DNA of 16,161 nucleotides from Candidatus Fraserbacteria bacterium (GTDB lineage Bacteria; Bipolaricaulota; Bipolaricaulia; RBG-16-55-9): NCBI GenBank assembly GCA_037443265.1, contig JBBIOR010000002.1, positions 89,049 to 105,209 of the forward strand, read 5' to 3'. Shown piece by piece: positions 15,846 to 16,161 of this stretch (position 1 is its first letter; each line of letters starts with the position of its first letter). The notes under the pieces were generated by a model. It saw only the letters and a program-made list of their open reading frames with translations, ran no database searches and was not told where the DNA came from. The position numbers and the translations under genes were made by a program.

Positions 15846-16161
15846 TCATCGCAGCACGACAAGTTTTCTAACTTCGCTGCGCACAGCTTCACCGTTTATG
15901 CCCTTCACGGTCACGACGTAGAGATAGACCCCGTTGGCCAGCGGTCGGCCCGAGGCGTCCTGCGTCCGCAGCCAGAGGCGATTGCCACCAGACTCCTGGG
16001 AGATGACTTGCTGGCCCGCCAGGTTGAAGAGCTTCACGCTCAGACCGGCGATGCCGCTGCCCAGAGCTTGAATCTCGAAGCCGCCTGAGCGAGCCGCCGC
16101 CAGAACGCCCTGCACACGGAGCGGGGCTACTCGGGAAACTGTGACGGCCAGACTGCTCACG
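15846..16161 (-). CDS. C-terminal end of a protein with a T9SS type-A-like/FlgD-Ig sorting domain (start outside window)
   Basis: VKLFNLAGQQV...QDASGRPLANGVYLYVVTVKG...RSEVRKLVVLR*; the frame is open to the window edge. Confidence 0.85.
   Translation of the reverse strand, partial: VSSLAVTVSRVAPLRVQGVLAAARSGGFEIQALGSGIAGLSVKLFNLAGQQVISQESGGNRLWLRTQDASGRPLANGVYLYVVTVKGINGEAVRSEVRKLVVLR

Overview
A 16.2-kb window of GC-rich bacterial DNA in three parts. (1) Housekeeping genes on the - strand: ftsH, which runs off the window inside a perfect (Pro-Gln)n microsatellite, and a short SerA-like dehydrogenase. (2) An envelope/secretion cluster resembling a compact type IX secretion system (T9SS). It has a 1349-aa predicted outer-membrane protein with SprA/Sov-like motifs and an inserted beta-propeller, facing a - strand run of a putative beta-barrel plus two tandem [cohesin-PKD-C-terminal sorting domain]-[PorV-like] gene pairs. 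A third CTD-bearing gene lies at the right edge. (3) An accessory region at 12.4-15.8 kb with two paralogous signal-peptide RTX-like genes. Their 3' tail, a terminator hairpin and a conserved CTGTCAACGGAT motif are reiterated downstream, each copy separating unrelated small cargo (two small membrane peptides, a decayed DUF5678/aspartic-protease pair, a Uma2 gene). This looks like serial islet accretion at a gene 3' end. The CTD style suggests Bipolaricaulota/Acetothermia rather than Bacteroidota, but that is an unverified impression. All family calls come from motif recognition by eye; no searches were run.
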